In this document: positions 1 through 13,956 of the stretch, piece by piece
Layout of the letters: each line of letters opens with the position of its first letter
Position numbering within the stretch: the stretch's first letter is position 1
NCBI GenBank assembly: GCA_964106645.2
Contig: OZ067053.1
Length of the DNA stretch: 64,000 bases
DNA from: Podarcis pityusensis
Lineage: Eukaryota
Direction: 5' to 3' (one strand)
The notes under the pieces: generated by a model
What the model was told of the DNA's origin: nothing
What the model saw: the letters and a program-made list of their open reading frames with translations, nothing else
Database searches by the model: none
Program-made: the position numbers and the translations under genes

Positions 1-1265
1 AAATATGTATTTGCTGTGCTCATCCTTTCCTCCCAGCTGAAGGGCTCTGCTGATTTCCTTAGTGCAAAAGTAACTGTAGCAGGTGGAAAGGCAAGTTCTG
101 CCAATGCTACATTTTCCCCTTTCAGTATAAAGTAACTTCTTAATATTTCCATTGAGTTTATTGACTTGTAAATAGAACTTCAACATATTTTTATAGTAGA
201 TAATACAACTCAGAGTCTGAACAGCTTAATTTACCCAAGTTGCATGTTTTTGTGACTCTTCTTTTACATGCAAGAGCATTAGAGTAATATTAGAAACTTT
301 CTGTGGAGATAACATTTCTTCAGAGTGTGCATGCATTTGAATCACACTATTATCTTAATCTTCTTTTAAAATCTAAAACCTTTTATGATTCTTGAAAGGT
401 TTCACTGTCTAGTATTAGTATAGTCTACATTGTTATGAAGTCTTTGACAAACAAGATACTAGCAATTCCCCACTACTCCAGAAAGTTGTAACAAAGTGCT
501 TGATGGTTTCTAAAGCAGGGAATATAGATTTGATCAGGCCCTATTAATTTAGATACTTAGCTTAGTTGCTTTAACCAAACATTGTTGCAGTCTTTAGTTA
601 TGGTTATGCTTGATACTGATTTAATATCAGGCCATTTCAGGTTGCGATTGGGTTTTTCTCCCTGGAAAAAATTCCTGGTTTGTTGCATATAATATGGGGA
701 GCCTTTCTCCTCCTTGACATGTTGCAATTATGGTAGCAAAATGTGGCAGTCCACCATTCTGTGGGGATCACTGTTTTCTCATTGTACTAATTAAATGTTG
801 TCTAGAATGGGTGTCAGATATGATGTGCAATTTTGATGGTTAATTGGTCCATTATGTATGTGGCTGGGTGGCTTCCCTCAGTGATCATGATTTGTAATTT
901 ACTTACCAACTTTACTATTGGGGTGGAATGTGGGGCATGACTTGGGACCACCTGGAATTTAATTAATTTTCTTCAAGACCTTTTGGCATATACAGGGCAC
1001 ATTTTGTGTGCCTTGTGGAACAAATAACATTTAATACTGATACTAAATGTTGCTTTTACTTTCATCAGAGTGAGTTTTTCCTAACACCCCAAAGGTATTG
1101 ATATAATACTTTACTTCCATAACAATTTTTCTTGTTAAGGAGGTGACACAGTTTGTTGGTTTGATTTTGTTACACGGAATGAAGAAAACTCTTAGTAAGG
1201 CCAGTGCACTTCACAGCATGTTAAGCATTACATGTATTTGCCATATAACATATGGCCATCTACCC

Positions 1266-1400
1266 CAGGATGGGGAACCTATGGCCCTCCAGATGTTGTT
1301 GGACTCCAATTCTCAGCATTCCTGACCATTGGCCATGCCGGATGGAGCTGATGGGAGCTGGAGTGCAATAACACCTGGAGGAGCATATGTTAGCTGTCTA
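1266..1400. mobile_element. Old palindromic hAT-type MITE (related copies ~22364-22482, ~43968-44095, fragment ~43205-43270)
   Basis: Shared fold-back core ggactacaactcccatca...tgatgggagttgtagtcc in degenerate form in all copies; ends approximate. Confidence 0.6.
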
Positions 1401-2181
1401 TGATCTAACCAATCACCTATAAAAATAGTTGTAAGTTATCAGTGGGTTGAATAAGAAATATGGGCAGGTCAGATCTTTTGCCAGGTGCTATTTCAGTTGC
1501 TGATTATGTGAATATTAGAAAGCTTTTATAGTAAGATGGATGCCTAGTTAATTTTTAGTTGATTAATCACCTACATTTTAACCAATTTTAAATATGTGTA
1601 TTAAGGAAAAACTTTTTTTCTTTAATAGTGAAGTACAGTACATGAGTATTTAGTAAATGGAAGCTACTCCATTTAATATTTTGATTCTCCCAACAAAAGC
1701 ACACAAGGCTTAAAATAGCTTCAAAAAAATAAACAAACTTGCCCTTATATTTTGGTTTCACCAATTGCTTTTATTAATACAATTAAATTGTTCTTTTTTT
1801 GATTAAAATTAACCTTGTTAAAGTATCAAATTTGCTGATTTTTAAAGCTTGCAGTCCTGTTCCATAAATGTTTTCTGGCAGGAGTTGTGAAAGTTCAAAG
1901 TTGCATTAAGAAATAAGCAAATTGGCTTAGAAGTTTGGTTCCATTAGTTTAATTTTCTCACATGTTCAGTTCCTAACAGTAACTCTTTTCTACAGTGTGT
2001 TTCAATATTATTGTAGTAACTTATTGCTCTCCTGAATGACCTTGTCTGTTGTTAGCTTAGTGATAGGAACTTCATTGTTGAGCCAATTAATCTGTTCTGG
2101 AAGTGTTTTGAATCAAGGAAAAACAAGGCCTATTCTTGGCACCTCAATCCTGCACATGTTTACTCAGATTAAGGCCTATTG

Positions 2182-2727
2182 CCACCAAAGAAATATAGGA
2201 AGCGAATAAAAAGAGAACCCACACAAGTGATCCTGACACAAAACCCCACACATACACTAAGTAAAAGAATAGAAGCATTGCCACCCACCCCACCCTATGC
2301 ACCATCCCCACCCTTCTCCTCTTTGCCCCCCTTCCTTCCCAACCTTATACTGCATGAATACTAATAGGGTTGCCATATTTCAAACAGGATGTTGCTGAGT
2401 TTTTTGTTTTTTTAAGAAACCCACCAAAATTGTTGAGCTTTTTTGGGGAAACCTCCGCTTAAAACTTAAAATAGTAATTTTCAGCTTTTGGAGATTTTTC
2501 TGCTGCTATTTCCAATGCATTGGCATGCATCCAGGTCCCCCCCCCCAATGGTATTTTTATAACCCAAAGCCAGGACATGTCAGGAATTTTCCTGATGTAT
2601 GACAAGCCTAAACACTAATGTCTCCCCAAAAATGAAACAGATCTGTAGAAAAAAAACAAGTTGAAAAAAGAGACAATGCACATATTTTTGTAAGTTCAGA
2701 AGTCTTTAATAAAAATTATTTTAAAAA
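2182..2727 (+). mobile_element. L1-type LINE 3' fragment interrupted by a hAT MITE
   Basis: Flanking direct repeats taaggcctattg (2170-2181) / taaggtctattg (2728-2739); AATAAA plus A-rich end; similar to the 29203-29345 insert (aacactaatgtctc...). Confidence 0.6.
2365..2610. mobile_element. hAT MITE with TAGGGTTGCCATA termini
   Basis: TIRs tagggttgccata / tatgacaagccta; 8-bp TSD aatactaa / aacactaa. Confidence 0.8.
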
Positions 2728-2788
2728 TAAGGTCTATTGGGTTCAGTTAATCTTATTCTGAAACAGGTTATGTAGGCCTTCAGGCTTA

Positions 2789-3133
2789 AGGTAAAGGTAA
2801 AGGGACCCCTGACCATTAGGTCCAGTCGTGACCGACTCTGGGGTTGCGGTGCCCATCTCGCTTTATCAGCCGAGGGAGCCGGCGTACAGCTTCCGAGTCA
2901 TGACTAAGCCGCTTCTGGCGAACCAGAACAGTATACGGAAATGCCGTTTACCTTTCCGCTAGAGCAGTATCTATTTATCTACTTGCACTTTGATGTGCTT
3001 TCGAACTGCTAGGATGGCAGGAGCAGGGGCCGAGCAACGGGAGCTCACACCATCGCAGGGATTCGAACCGCCAACCTTCTGATCAGCAAGTCCTAGGCTC
3101 TGTGGTTTAACCCACAGCGCCACCTGCGTCCCT
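2789..3133 (-). mobile_element. Sauria SINE, near full length
   Basis: Reverse strand reads GGGACGCAGGTGGCGCTGTGGG (A box), GGTTCGAATCC (B box) and an (ACCTTT)n tail; TSD ttcaggctta at 2779-2788 and 3134-3143. Confidence 0.92.
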
Positions 3134-3929
3134 TTCAGGCTTAGGTTAATGACCGGCAATTTACATTTGTGTGGTCCCTCTGAGGTAAATGGAAATATAT
3201 GAATGTTAAGTGTTTTGAGTTGGGCTCTTCAGAGTTCACATGATTTGTGAATTAAGATCTTACTCTAGTGGCAACTAAAAGTGGGTTTAATGCAGGTCAG
3301 CCACTCCTGATCCAGCAATAAATATACCATAAAATATATACACAACTGTTGTCAAAATTCTGTGTTTATGTGACCTTAGAAGCTATTGTTACTAAAAAAA
3401 TTTATATCCCTTGAATCCTGTTTTCATCCTATCGTTTTGTGTCTCATTTGCCTTGGATCTCTTCTGAATTCTTTGCTGTGGATAGACTTTCTGGATAACA
3501 ATTAATTCAACTGAGGCCAGTGGCTTTTCTGATATTGTATCTAATCTTCAAAATGAACAATTAATCCTCAACAATGCTTTCTGGTGACTCAGTTTTTATT
3601 TGACCTCTGTTCAGGGAACATTAGTGTTTGAAGTTAAACATAGGCATGGATAGGCCTGACATTGTAAATGGGATCTATTAATTGTTTTCATTTTAGATGA
3701 AAAGAAAAGAGCTCTTGTGCCATTCTCAATCTTTGAGCAGTTTTACCCTATGCATAATTAACCTAACTACAGACATCTTGGGAAAGCAATGGCTTTTTGC
3801 TGGAAAATTCATTTTGGATGCTCTCTCCACCAACTAATAGTAGGCTATGTTTACAGGCACGTTTGCACTGCAGTAGCATTAGTAGACACAAAGCAAAACC
3901 TTCATGTTTAATATCAAAATGCTCTAGAA

Positions 3930-4139
3930 CAGGCACGTCCAACTCCCAAGAGATAGCAATCTACTCACAGTATATAAAAAAGGCAGTGATCTACCCATTG
4001 TCATTGGAGGATGGACCAGAGTTGTTGCTGAGCTTTTTTTAGGAAGTCAGAGCTGTTGAGCTTTTTTGGGGGGTGAATATCACTAAGGGCCCAAAGATCG
4101 ACCAGGAGCACCCCGCGATCAACCTGTTGGACATGCCTG
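3930..4139. mobile_element. hAT MITE
   Basis: TIR caggcacgtccaac / gttggacatgcctg (13/14); left flank ctctagaa fits the hAT-Charlie target preference; right TSD not matched. Confidence 0.7.
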
Positions 4140-4253
4140 CTTAGGCCCAGAAGTGTTTACTGCCGTTCATGTTTGAATCCCACATGAGAGATCAAGTTCT
4201 GAGGTGGAGCCATCTAGCAGTAAGAATTTTCTTAGTTACGTGGATATAACAGG

Positions 4254-4397
4254 CAGTGGCGGCACGTGTCCTGGGGGCACCACCTGCGGGGGCGGGGCTC
4301 TCAGCACGGGCGGGGGGGGCAGCCGCAATGGCAGCCTGCCAGGATAGCACTGCCGGGGGCGGTGCGCTCCCCCCGCACTCCTCTCCCTCCACCAGTG
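4254..4397. mobile_element. GC-rich hAT-type MITE (CAGTGGCGG termini)
   Basis: Perfect 8-bp TSD ataacagg (4246-4253, 4398-4405); imperfect TIR cagtggcgg / ccaccagtg. Confidence 0.85.
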
Positions 4398-4532
4398 ATA
4401 ACAGGGTTTCTCAGAAGTTCTACCCCCCTCACCACTGAAAGGTGGAACAGAGGCAGAACCACTCATAAAATGGTAGCACAGGGCAGCAGTCATATCACAG
4501 AACTATAAAGTAAAATACAACGACACTATTAC

Positions 4533-4700
4533 CAGAGGCGGATCTTGAGGTCTCAGATTTCAGCAGTGCCCTGTGTGACACCAGAATTCAGCACCCTTGC
4601 CTCTCACCTTCCATTTTTTATCATAGTTGTGGCAATCCCTGTGCTTTCCCTGAGGTACATGCACTGTGTGGCTGAACCAGACACACTAAATCCGTCTCTG
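4533..4700. mobile_element. Probable MITE
   Basis: TIR cagaggcggat / atccgtctctg (10/11); TSD degraded. Confidence 0.55.
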
Positions 4701-7423
4701 CTGTTATGATGCTTCATTGTGGGATGTAAAATGGCATCCCATGTCACCACTTCTGCTTCTTTTAGCCCTGCAGGCTTGGTGACCTTGGGTCAGTGCTTGC
4801 GAGAATAAAATAGAGGACCTCCCCAAAAACTTTACCTCCCTTGAGGTAAATGGCTCCCCATCTCTATTTCATGCCATCCTCTATTTCATGCCCATTCTCC
4901 ATCCCTAGAAAAACTGAAGAAACAATTACTTTACTGATCTTTCTCTTTCTTTTACAACTTTTGGAAACCTTTGTTATAATTTAGTACCATTGCCAATAAA
5001 AAAATTGTCTTTGGGAGAGTGATCACTAGACAGTTATTCATCTCCATTCTAAATTGTGGAAGGCAAAATTAATGCACAGGTAATTAGAGCCATTGTGCAT
5101 CCTTTTTTCTGATATGTTGGAAAGACTTCTAGAGAGGTTTCTTCACTTTGTAGCTTCACATTCATAACTGTAGTATTGAATGCAAATATAATACATGAAC
5201 TGAAATAATCTCTTGTTTTATCACAAAAAGTAATTATGTGATCTGTGTTAGGCAAAACAAATATTTGGGCAAGGAAGGGTATAATTTTTTTCCAGCAGGT
5301 TAAGTATTTGTTATAAAAGAATTTGGATATTGATAAAGATACCTTGTCTGTCAAACACGGATAGACATTGCGAGTTAAAATTTCTAAACCTTGAGATTTA
5401 AATTTCTGGGGAGGAATCAAGCAGGACTTCATATTCCCCCTTGCAAGCCCTGCAAATTGGCTCCAGTGCATTCATCAAACCTCTGGAGCATTTTTTTGAG
5501 GACACATGGAGAACCTGAAGGGAGGAGAGGAAGGTGAACTTCTGTTGCATGGGTGGAAATTTGTTCCTCTCACACACGGACTAGCATTGCATGCTACCAC
5601 TGAAATAATCAATGTAATCAATGCCTTCTATATTAGCAGGTCTTATTTTGGGGTTTGCTAAATTATAAATTTCTCAAAGTAAGTTGAACTTACAGTTTAG
5701 CCTAGGTATTTAAAAATGCTATGCAGGATTAATTAAAATATGAAGATGAATGGTAGCTGGTAATGAATTTTAATAGATTTGATCCAGTTTAATTTGAATA
5801 TCTATTTAAGCTAGAACTACAGCCTAAACATTTTTTTAAAAGGCTGCTCTTTCTGAATCTAAGATCATTTATCAGTGAGGATTAAGGTGCACAGTCTTAG
5901 ATGTCATGTTATAATTTATTTTATAAACATAATGGAAGTTTTTCAGAGCTAAAAAAATAGTTCACATTTCTATGGTTCACTCAAGTGCTTCTTGTAGTTT
6001 CCCTGAAAGCCTATATTAGGAAGTAGCAACGTAGGAATAAAGTAAAGGTCAAAGAATACTTATTTTCACCCAGAAGTTAAAAACAATTATTAATATTCCA
6101 CAGTTAAATAAGATAACAAGCTCAAGTAACTATAGTGGTGTTTAAGGCTCTTCAGAAATGTGAAAGGAAAGAATTTAAAGATATTGGAGAATAAGGCAGT
6201 GTGAGTTCACCAGACCCATCATGTCTGAATACTCTGTATATTAAGATAAGTCATCTTCTCAAAAGAACTGGCTTTCTGGGCATCACCAGTTTAGACTTTT
6301 TGACATGGTCAGCTATATATTATATGGTATATTAGCAAATGTTGTGATTAGGATCACATTGTGCTTATTCTGACATTTTCTGTTAATGTGAACAAAAGAA
6401 GACTCAAATAACATCATGTTGACATAGCACCGATAGGGCCAAAACCAACAGGGATTTGTTTTGGCTGGCAAAATACTCCCAAATGACTTTAAGCTGCTCT
6501 GGCAGAAGTACCTGGTCGGAACTACTTAGCCCAGTGACACCACAAAAACATAATAATGAAATGGATGTTGTGGAAGGAAAATGATAATTAACAGCAGTTG
6601 ATTTGAAGGTTTGCATTTCCAAAATTCCTCTTTGGTTGTGATGTAGAGTGAAACTAGATTGCTGTATTAGGGTTATTTAAATTGTAACCCTAGCTTGCCA
6701 GACTTTCCCCATTCCATTTTTGAAGAGGCAGATACTGAAAATGAAACTGTTCTGCTTTATGTTGATTGCTGCTCTTGCATATATTTGAGATTCTTTAGGA
6801 GTACACCCACTATGCACATTTCTAGGGAAAATTGTTGCTAGATTTCAGCTGATTCTATTCATTACCATAGCACGAAGAGCTTTACAGCTATTTTATTATT
6901 TGTATTTATAGTCCACCCTTCATCAAATGGTTCCAATTCCAAGACATTACAAAAAAACTTAATTAAAATAAGTATAGTGTTTAGTTAATATATTGAGAGT
7001 AGCAGGTATTGCTGTGCATTGCCGTGCACTACTGTTCTGTGTTGCTGTTTTGTTCTGATGTTGGTGGCTTAGTTTATTGTGTTTTATAATTATATCTCTG
7101 AATCTGGACTTTTTGCCTTCATACAAAGCAAGAGTTCACTGTTAATCCTTCCTGTGGGTAGTTTCAACATGAAGGCTATGACAGTGCTGCAACTTAGTTT
7201 GCCTCTGGTGTGGTATTGGCTTTCATCATTGAAAGTGCATTTGTATCCACTTGTTACTTCCAGAAACAAACATATCCCATGGAGTTAATATGAGTAAGTG
7301 GGATGCACTTGATTTTGGCCATTTTTAGCTATGTTTTAATCATATATGGCAGGGTTTACTACCCCTTTTGGTCCATGGGCACATTTGCAAACTGGAGAAA
7401 CTTTTATGTACACCACACATGTA

Positions 7424-7649
7424 CAGTGGTACTTGGGGTTAAGAACTGAATTCGTTCTGGGGGTCTGTTCTTAACCTGAAACGGTTCTTAACCTGAGGTA
7501 CCACTTTAGCTAATGGGGCCTCCCGCTGCCACCACGCTGCCGGAGCACAATTTCTGTTCTCATTCTGAAGTAAAGTTCTTAACCCAAGGTACTATTTCTG
7601 GGTTAGCGGAGTCTGTAACCTGAAGCATCTGTAACCTGAGGTACCATTG
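7424..7649. mobile_element. Tc1/mariner (Tigger-like) MITE, copy 1, apparently nested in an older hAT-type element (~7350-7817)
   Basis: TA|cagtggtac ... gtaccattg|TA; internal ttcttaacctga repeats; sister copy at 22860. Confidence 0.85.
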
Positions 7650-10600
7650 TAATGTAACCAAGCTCCCATCGCAATCTATTGTGTTGGGTTCAACAGAATG
7701 CTGCTTTCAATGTACTAATTTCAGTGGGAGGAGGGGCAGAAGAGGCAATCCTGTGGGTACTATTGAAGACCTCTGTAAGCACAAATGCACCTTCAGGTGC
7801 TATGTTGCCGACCCCTGATGTAGAGACAAGAAGTGTGCAGTTGCTCAAAGTGCAATGGAGATGGTAATTTCCTACCCTTTTGATTAAACTTGCCTTTCAA
7901 ACCAGGAGGACTGAATTGTAGATTTTTTGTAAAGCAATCCAGTGGAGTTTGGGATTTTGCTCTTAGTTAACCAGTGTTACAGAACTAGATTGTATGATGA
8001 CATTAAGCACAATTTAATCTGTTACAGCGTTCTCATATTGCTTGAAGAGACACTAAAGCAGAAGTGACTTTGTTATAATTTTAAAACACTGTACCTTTTT
8101 CCTTATTGGGGAAGCCCAGAATTCCTACAGGGCTTTGCGTATAAAATTTTGCATGGAGAGTCCTTTCCTTATTTTTAAAGATAAGAAAGCTGCTTGAAAC
8201 ATACATTTCTGCCATGAGACCAATATAAAACTGGAAAATACCACACTTAAATATAGCTCTGCAGTTATTAAAATTAAAAATGAGGGTGCTGGTAGGCAAG
8301 CAACCTCTGCTCAAGTACATGTATGATAATTTAGACATTGGGTTGCATTGTCTATTGGATTTTTTGCAACATTTGCTGCTGTTTAGTTACAAGCTGGTAT
8401 ATTGACTCTGCTGCATCTGCAGTCCACTGTGCTTGTTATAACAGCTTATTTTCATCCAATAGAACCCTTTGGGTTGGGAGGGATCATCTGTGACTCATCT
8501 GGCTTGTGCATTGGGGCAGAATTGATTTAATTATGCTTAAATATCACTGATAGATGGGTGTCGAGAGAGAGCGCTCTGCTTTGGATCTCTGCAGAGCTGT
8601 TATCTGGAAGTGCCCTTGGCAATTTGTCCCACTGCCTGGCATCAAATATTTCTGTCACGTTCGAGATGTTTTTATTATTGTGGTATTTCAGATGAAGGAC
8701 TCCAGTCATGCAAGCTTGTTTATAACCTATCAGATAATGTTCTTTATTTGATTTAGGGCAGTGGATCACAGGCCTCTTCCAAATTGCAGAGCCCAACTGA
8801 CTTCATTTGGGTCTAGTCCATGCATAGGTGTCTACAGGGTAAGTTTTTAATGAAGTACAATAAAAATGAGTAATTCAGAAACTTGATTTTCTGTACTAAA
8901 CTGGCTAAATTAGATGAGTTCTCTTTAAAAGTGAAAAGGATCTAGGAGTATACAAAGGGATTGTAGGGCCATGCCTTTTGCCCTGACTCCATTTTAACAT
9001 GCAGCTTCTTCTGACTTCCCAGGGCAAGTATATGTAGTGGGAAGTCAGCTGTACTTGTGTACAGCTCCCCACATGGTTTGGAACCTTTATCATGCAGAGC
9101 TTGAAGCAGGCTTCCCACTTCAGATATTTGACCTAAACACACTAGAAACCAAAAGAGCAATGTAGCATTAATGGTGAGGCTAGAAGTGTGGTGAGATACA
9201 ACCAAATTAGAACAAGGAACAGTTTCCAACTTGCTATCCTGGCAAGCATGAAAACAGTACTGAGCTCATCCACTTCTTGGCCAAGCAGAACCTCCTGAGT
9301 GCTGTTCTACCTAACATTTCCTGTTACAATTTCTTGGCTGTCATATTTCATGATTCCACCTTGCAAATTTTCTTGTTTGTATAATGGTGAGGCCATGCAC
9401 TATTGAAGAACTATCTGGCAATGAATAAATGATGCAGCAGCTCTCCAGCCAACCTTAATGTACTACTTATGAAACTGCAATTACTAAAACATTTTATGAA
9501 GTTTATTACTAGATGGCAAGAATGACTCTGCAGAAATGGGCTCCTGAGATTTTAGGCATGTGGAAAAACCCTAGCTTTCAAAATTGCTTTATTTTGTCTT
9601 TTAAAAAATGATCTGTGGTTTGGTGAGCACTGCTCTAAATTAATTTTTTCCTAGTGGTTATTTTTTATCCTTGCTGTTTGCCAATGATCCTAAAAACATG
9701 CCTCAACTCACCCTGGATGATGAAATGGTAAGGAACCATTAGCTATTTTTGAGGTAGTTTACTTTACAAGAAACAGCATGAACAATACTACCTGAGTTTA
9801 CTTACAGAGCTTTGCTGTCTTTCTGTGCATCATAAGCTGAGTCAACACAACATATGTTGCGTTGATTCTGTAAATCCACAAACACAATAGGTTGATGGGT
9901 GAAATGGTATTGTGTGATGGATCATTTATGGTACTGCTTAAGCTGCACGTATATGGTCAAAGAAGTTTCTCCAACAGTGGAATGATTACTACTTTGTGTG
10001 TGTTTCCCCAGTAGGGTCATGAGATAAGAATTTCAAAAAGTGATCATGCAGCATCTGTTCTTGGGAGTGCTGTGGAACCTGGCCTCAAAGCTGTGAGGGT
10101 ATTGAAATAAAGCATATATTTTACTTTCTGTGAGAATGTGGTAGGTTTGTAAAAAAAATTCCTTAGTCCCCCAATGACAAGTAGGAATCTTCTGCAGTTA
10201 ACCATGCAAACAAACATTTTTCAAAGGTTAGCTCTTTCCTTTACGCCATAAATAAAAAGCATAAGCATGTGTGGGCAAGTATTTTTTGTTATACAGTAAT
10301 GGTATGATTGAAGATCCTGCCTAGCGTAGGAGATCCCCTAGGCAAGGGATGGTGGCATGGAGCAGAGCAAGAATTGAAATGCATTGGTTTCCTTCAGATT
10401 AAAATATTAAACTGGTCTGGGAAATCATAGGGACCAGTGGAGATTGTTAGGCTAAACCTAGGCAGTAATGTGTTGGTTCAGGATTCAGTGGTGAAACCTT
10501 GACTGTGCTCAAGAGATTTCTTAAGATATGTTGTGTAACTGAAAGTAGCTGCTTGACTACAGGAAACAAAATTAGTACAAAAATAATTATGCATAAACTT

Positions 10601-12029
10601 TCTCTGCCGCACTAAGTCTTACCTGGAAGTAGACCCCAAACTATCGCTAACATGAGATTAATTATCACTGTGGTGACCACAGTATAAAGATTTGACACAG
10701 GTGACATGTATTAGATAGCTCATTTTTCCTGAAGTGGAAGGATTTGCTTATTAAATGTCCCTCTGGGCCTTCCCAGTGAACATAGTACAGATCTTTAAGT
10801 GCAGAGTGCTTCACTGTTCTTGGTTAGCTCATACATTTTGTGCAGCTATAGTGAAGCAGTGAACTCTTGAGGTTGCTGAAGTCATAGACCATTCAGTTGC
10901 TTCCTGGTAGTCAGCATATGAAGTGTGTAGTAATCATGCAGAAACTGCTAATGCTTAATCATGCATTTTATCATTGGCCTTTTGCTATTGGTGTGTGAAG
11001 TGGTGTACAAAAGAGTCAAAGCAGCATTTTCCTCAAGAGCTTCACAAGAGGATGGTTGCTCGGCAGGTCTGAAACTTAATCAAGCAAATGGGGACCTTGG
11101 GAATATGGCTTGAACAGCTGAAAATGGGAGCTTCCATGTCCCAGATGAAGTATCTGCATTTCTACAATGGGTAAACTCTCTCTGTGTGGTTTGGACTTGG
11201 TTGAATGTCACTTTCTAAAACTCTAGTAAGAGATGAAGAGAGGCTTTTGTTCTGGTGTGTCCTTGCCTCTCCCTGGGTACAAAGTAATTTTTATACAGCT
11301 ATCTACAGAAATAGATAACGGGATAGAAAGGAGCATGAATTTCTACCTGGAATGGAGGTGAGAACAGGGCAAGTGTGCATATGAAGTGTATTGTTCTCTA
11401 TACTGGGTACAAAAAGGACTGACCAGGCTCTCTGCCTTTTAGGTGTCAAAGCTGGTGGGGTATACATGCCAAACTACTAAATCACTGTCATTCAAGCTGT
11501 TATAACATGGTTGTTTTAACTTCTGTATGCAGCTGCTGAGACCAAGACTCTTGAATTTCCTTCTAAAATGATGCAGTTCTCTTCTCACCTTTGATACATA
11601 CCCACACTTAATATTTCTTCAAATAAGAACTAGTATGAAAAGGGTTCTGTGTTCATTGTTAAGACATTGGTTTCAATTGTCATAATTTTTGTGCTGGTGT
11701 GTATTTGATTCTGGCTTTCTTCCATTTACCCTCAACACTTAAAAAGAGCAACTGTTGGCTGAGTGAAATGTGATTTGTTTTCTAAAATGGCCACATGCTA
11801 TTTCAATGCTAATGGAATCCTGCTGACTTGTATCAGTTCTAATTATTAAGAGCAGGTTACTTGACTCTGTACAGATCCTGTGCAGAGGGAGAATAATGAA
11901 GAGTTTATGTAAACAAGAAACAGGTGGTAGCTTAAATTCAGTTGCTTAAACTCCCCTGCATCAATGTAATGCCACATCTGAGAGTCTGCCTTGGCTCCAG
12001 TTGTGTGTATATTTTTGTGATTGGCAATG

Positions 12030-12383
12030 TGGGCAGCCGCTCCCCCCATGCCACTGCAGGCACCAGCTGGCTGGCTGCATGCAACTTCCGCTCCACGCCG
12101 CTGCAGGAAACTCTCCCAAGAGCACACGCCTCCTTCAGCGACATGGGGGAGAGTTGCGTGCCCGCAAACCAGCTGGCTGGCGGGCGCATAGCTTCCCTCC
12201 CACATCGCTGTGGGAAATGCTCTCCTCCTGCAGCGGCATGGGGGGAGTTGCGTGCCTGCCAACTAGCTGGCTGCCAACCAGCTCCCCCCTCCCCTCACGC
12301 CACTATCAGTGTATTGGACAACCCCAGTTTTTTGACATGATTTTTGAGTCAAAAAACCTCGTGTAATACATGGAAAAATACGG
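12030..12383. mobile_element. Truncated Tc1/mariner-type non-autonomous element with GC-rich internal repeats
   Basis: Right end gaaaaatacgg|TA; internal repeats ggggagttgcgtgcc...cagctggctg in both orientations; left end not found. Confidence 0.6.
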
Positions 12384-13704
12384 TAGCTCTGCAAACTGGG
12401 CTCTCATCTACAGAGCCACAGTCTGTATGTGCCTTCCCCTCAGCATGTGATGAAGAAACCAGCTGCCCATCTAGTATAATTCTTGAGGTTTAGAGACATA
12501 TCTGGGACTCCTGTGTTCTCTCCTTTTGGTACATTGCAGTTTAGATAGTAAGAATTCGTTCTTGGGAGCAGAGTGGCTAATGTGTGGTTTTGAAAGTTCC
12601 CTACTTTGGGGCAAAGGTGAGCTAGATCTTGAGGACTGTTATAGATACTTCATGTGGATCTAGAACAATATTTTATTAAGAGACAGATTGAAGTCTAACA
12701 GCGTGTGACTTAAGCCAGTACACAATGTTAAAATTGTTTTTTGGATACTACTAGGGGGAAGGCCTGTGAGGCACTGAGATAATTTAAATATGAGAATTGT
12801 GAACTAACTTAAATAATAGTTACTATTAACCTTTAATTTGTGGCAGCTTAACTCCTGTTGTTGTTTTCTACACCCACATTAATAGATCTAAGGATCAATG
12901 GAGATGACTTCAGGATCTTTCATATGTGTAGTACCAAGAGTGAGAGTCTCTTTAAAAGCTGTACTTCTTTGCCTTCTTATATACAGCATGACTTTTGAAA
13001 ATAATAAGCTTGTTAGGTTAGGTTATCAAACCAGTCACCACTACTGACTATTTGTATATGGGGTGGTGGTGGGAAATCTGCACTTTCAGAAAAGCAGAGT
13101 ATTCTGAACTTCTCCTCTGCCTCCTCTATTTTCCATGGTTGTCAGCAGTCGAAAGATATTGAGACACAGGGTTTTCTTCTGATGCAGAAACATGCAAGTC
13201 TGAACAGACCTTCTGTTCAGTATCCTGATCTGTGAATTACCTTGTTGCCGACTCAGGACATGTTTTGGCTTGGCTTAGTGTGGCTAATTGGCTTTGTCAT
13301 AGCTTGGAATGCAAGGGAAGAGAAGTCCTTGAAATGACCTTGTTGGCAGCTGTTTAATGTGGAAGTTCTGTTTGACTTTGGAAATGTTGGTTCAGAACAT
13401 GAGAAAGTAAGTTGTCTGTTGTGTCCCATTGTGAACTGGGAATTAAAATGTCATGCCTAGTGTGAAAGAGTAGTACTAATGGAGTGGGGAGGAACCAGGA
13501 GAAGAAAACAGAGCAACATAACTTAATTTTGTATGATAATTGAATATTTAAAATACCAAAGTAACTCTTTTTGAAGGAGGTAGCAAAAATCACATGGAAT
13601 ATACCATACATAAATTTCCCAGTTTTTGATGTCCTGATTAATATTGGAGCAGAGGAGAGCCGGGAGAGAAGTTGAATGCATCATGGTGAATGCACTATAT
13701 AGGC

Positions 13705-13956
13705 CAGGGGTAGGCAACCTAAGACCTGGGGGCTGGAGGCAGCCCTATCGCCTTCTCAATCCGACCCTTGGACAGTCCAGGAATCAGCGTGTTTTTACAT
13801 GAATAGAATGTGTCCTTTTATTTAAAATGCATCTCTGGGTTATTTGTGGGGGCATAGGAATTCATTCCCCCCCATCCCCCCCAATATAGTCTGGTCCCCC
13901 ACAAGGTCTGAGGGACGCTGGACTGGCCCACGGCTGAAAAAGATTGCTGACTCCTG
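13705..13956. mobile_element. hAT MITE, copy 1
   Basis: caggggtaggcaa / ttgctgactcctg termini; TSD atataggc / gtataggc; close match to 51316-51570. Confidence 0.9.

Noticed and set aside
4192-4508. GC-rich ORF cluster as a CpG-island promoter or PACS1 exon 1
   Set aside because: The GC-rich part is a 144-bp MITE with a perfect 8-bp TSD; no PACS1 exon 1 peptide (MNLYATWEVD) is present.
4862-4892. 14-bp tandem duplication ctctatttcatgcc
   Set aside because: Ordinary local slippage duplication with no sign of function.
5049-5471. 140-aa minus-strand ORF
   Set aside because: AT-rich, no recognisable motif or splice structure; consistent with chance.
11846-12366. Overlapping 83-138 aa ORFs
   Set aside because: They coincide with a GC-rich transposon remnant where stops are rare; no recognisable domain.
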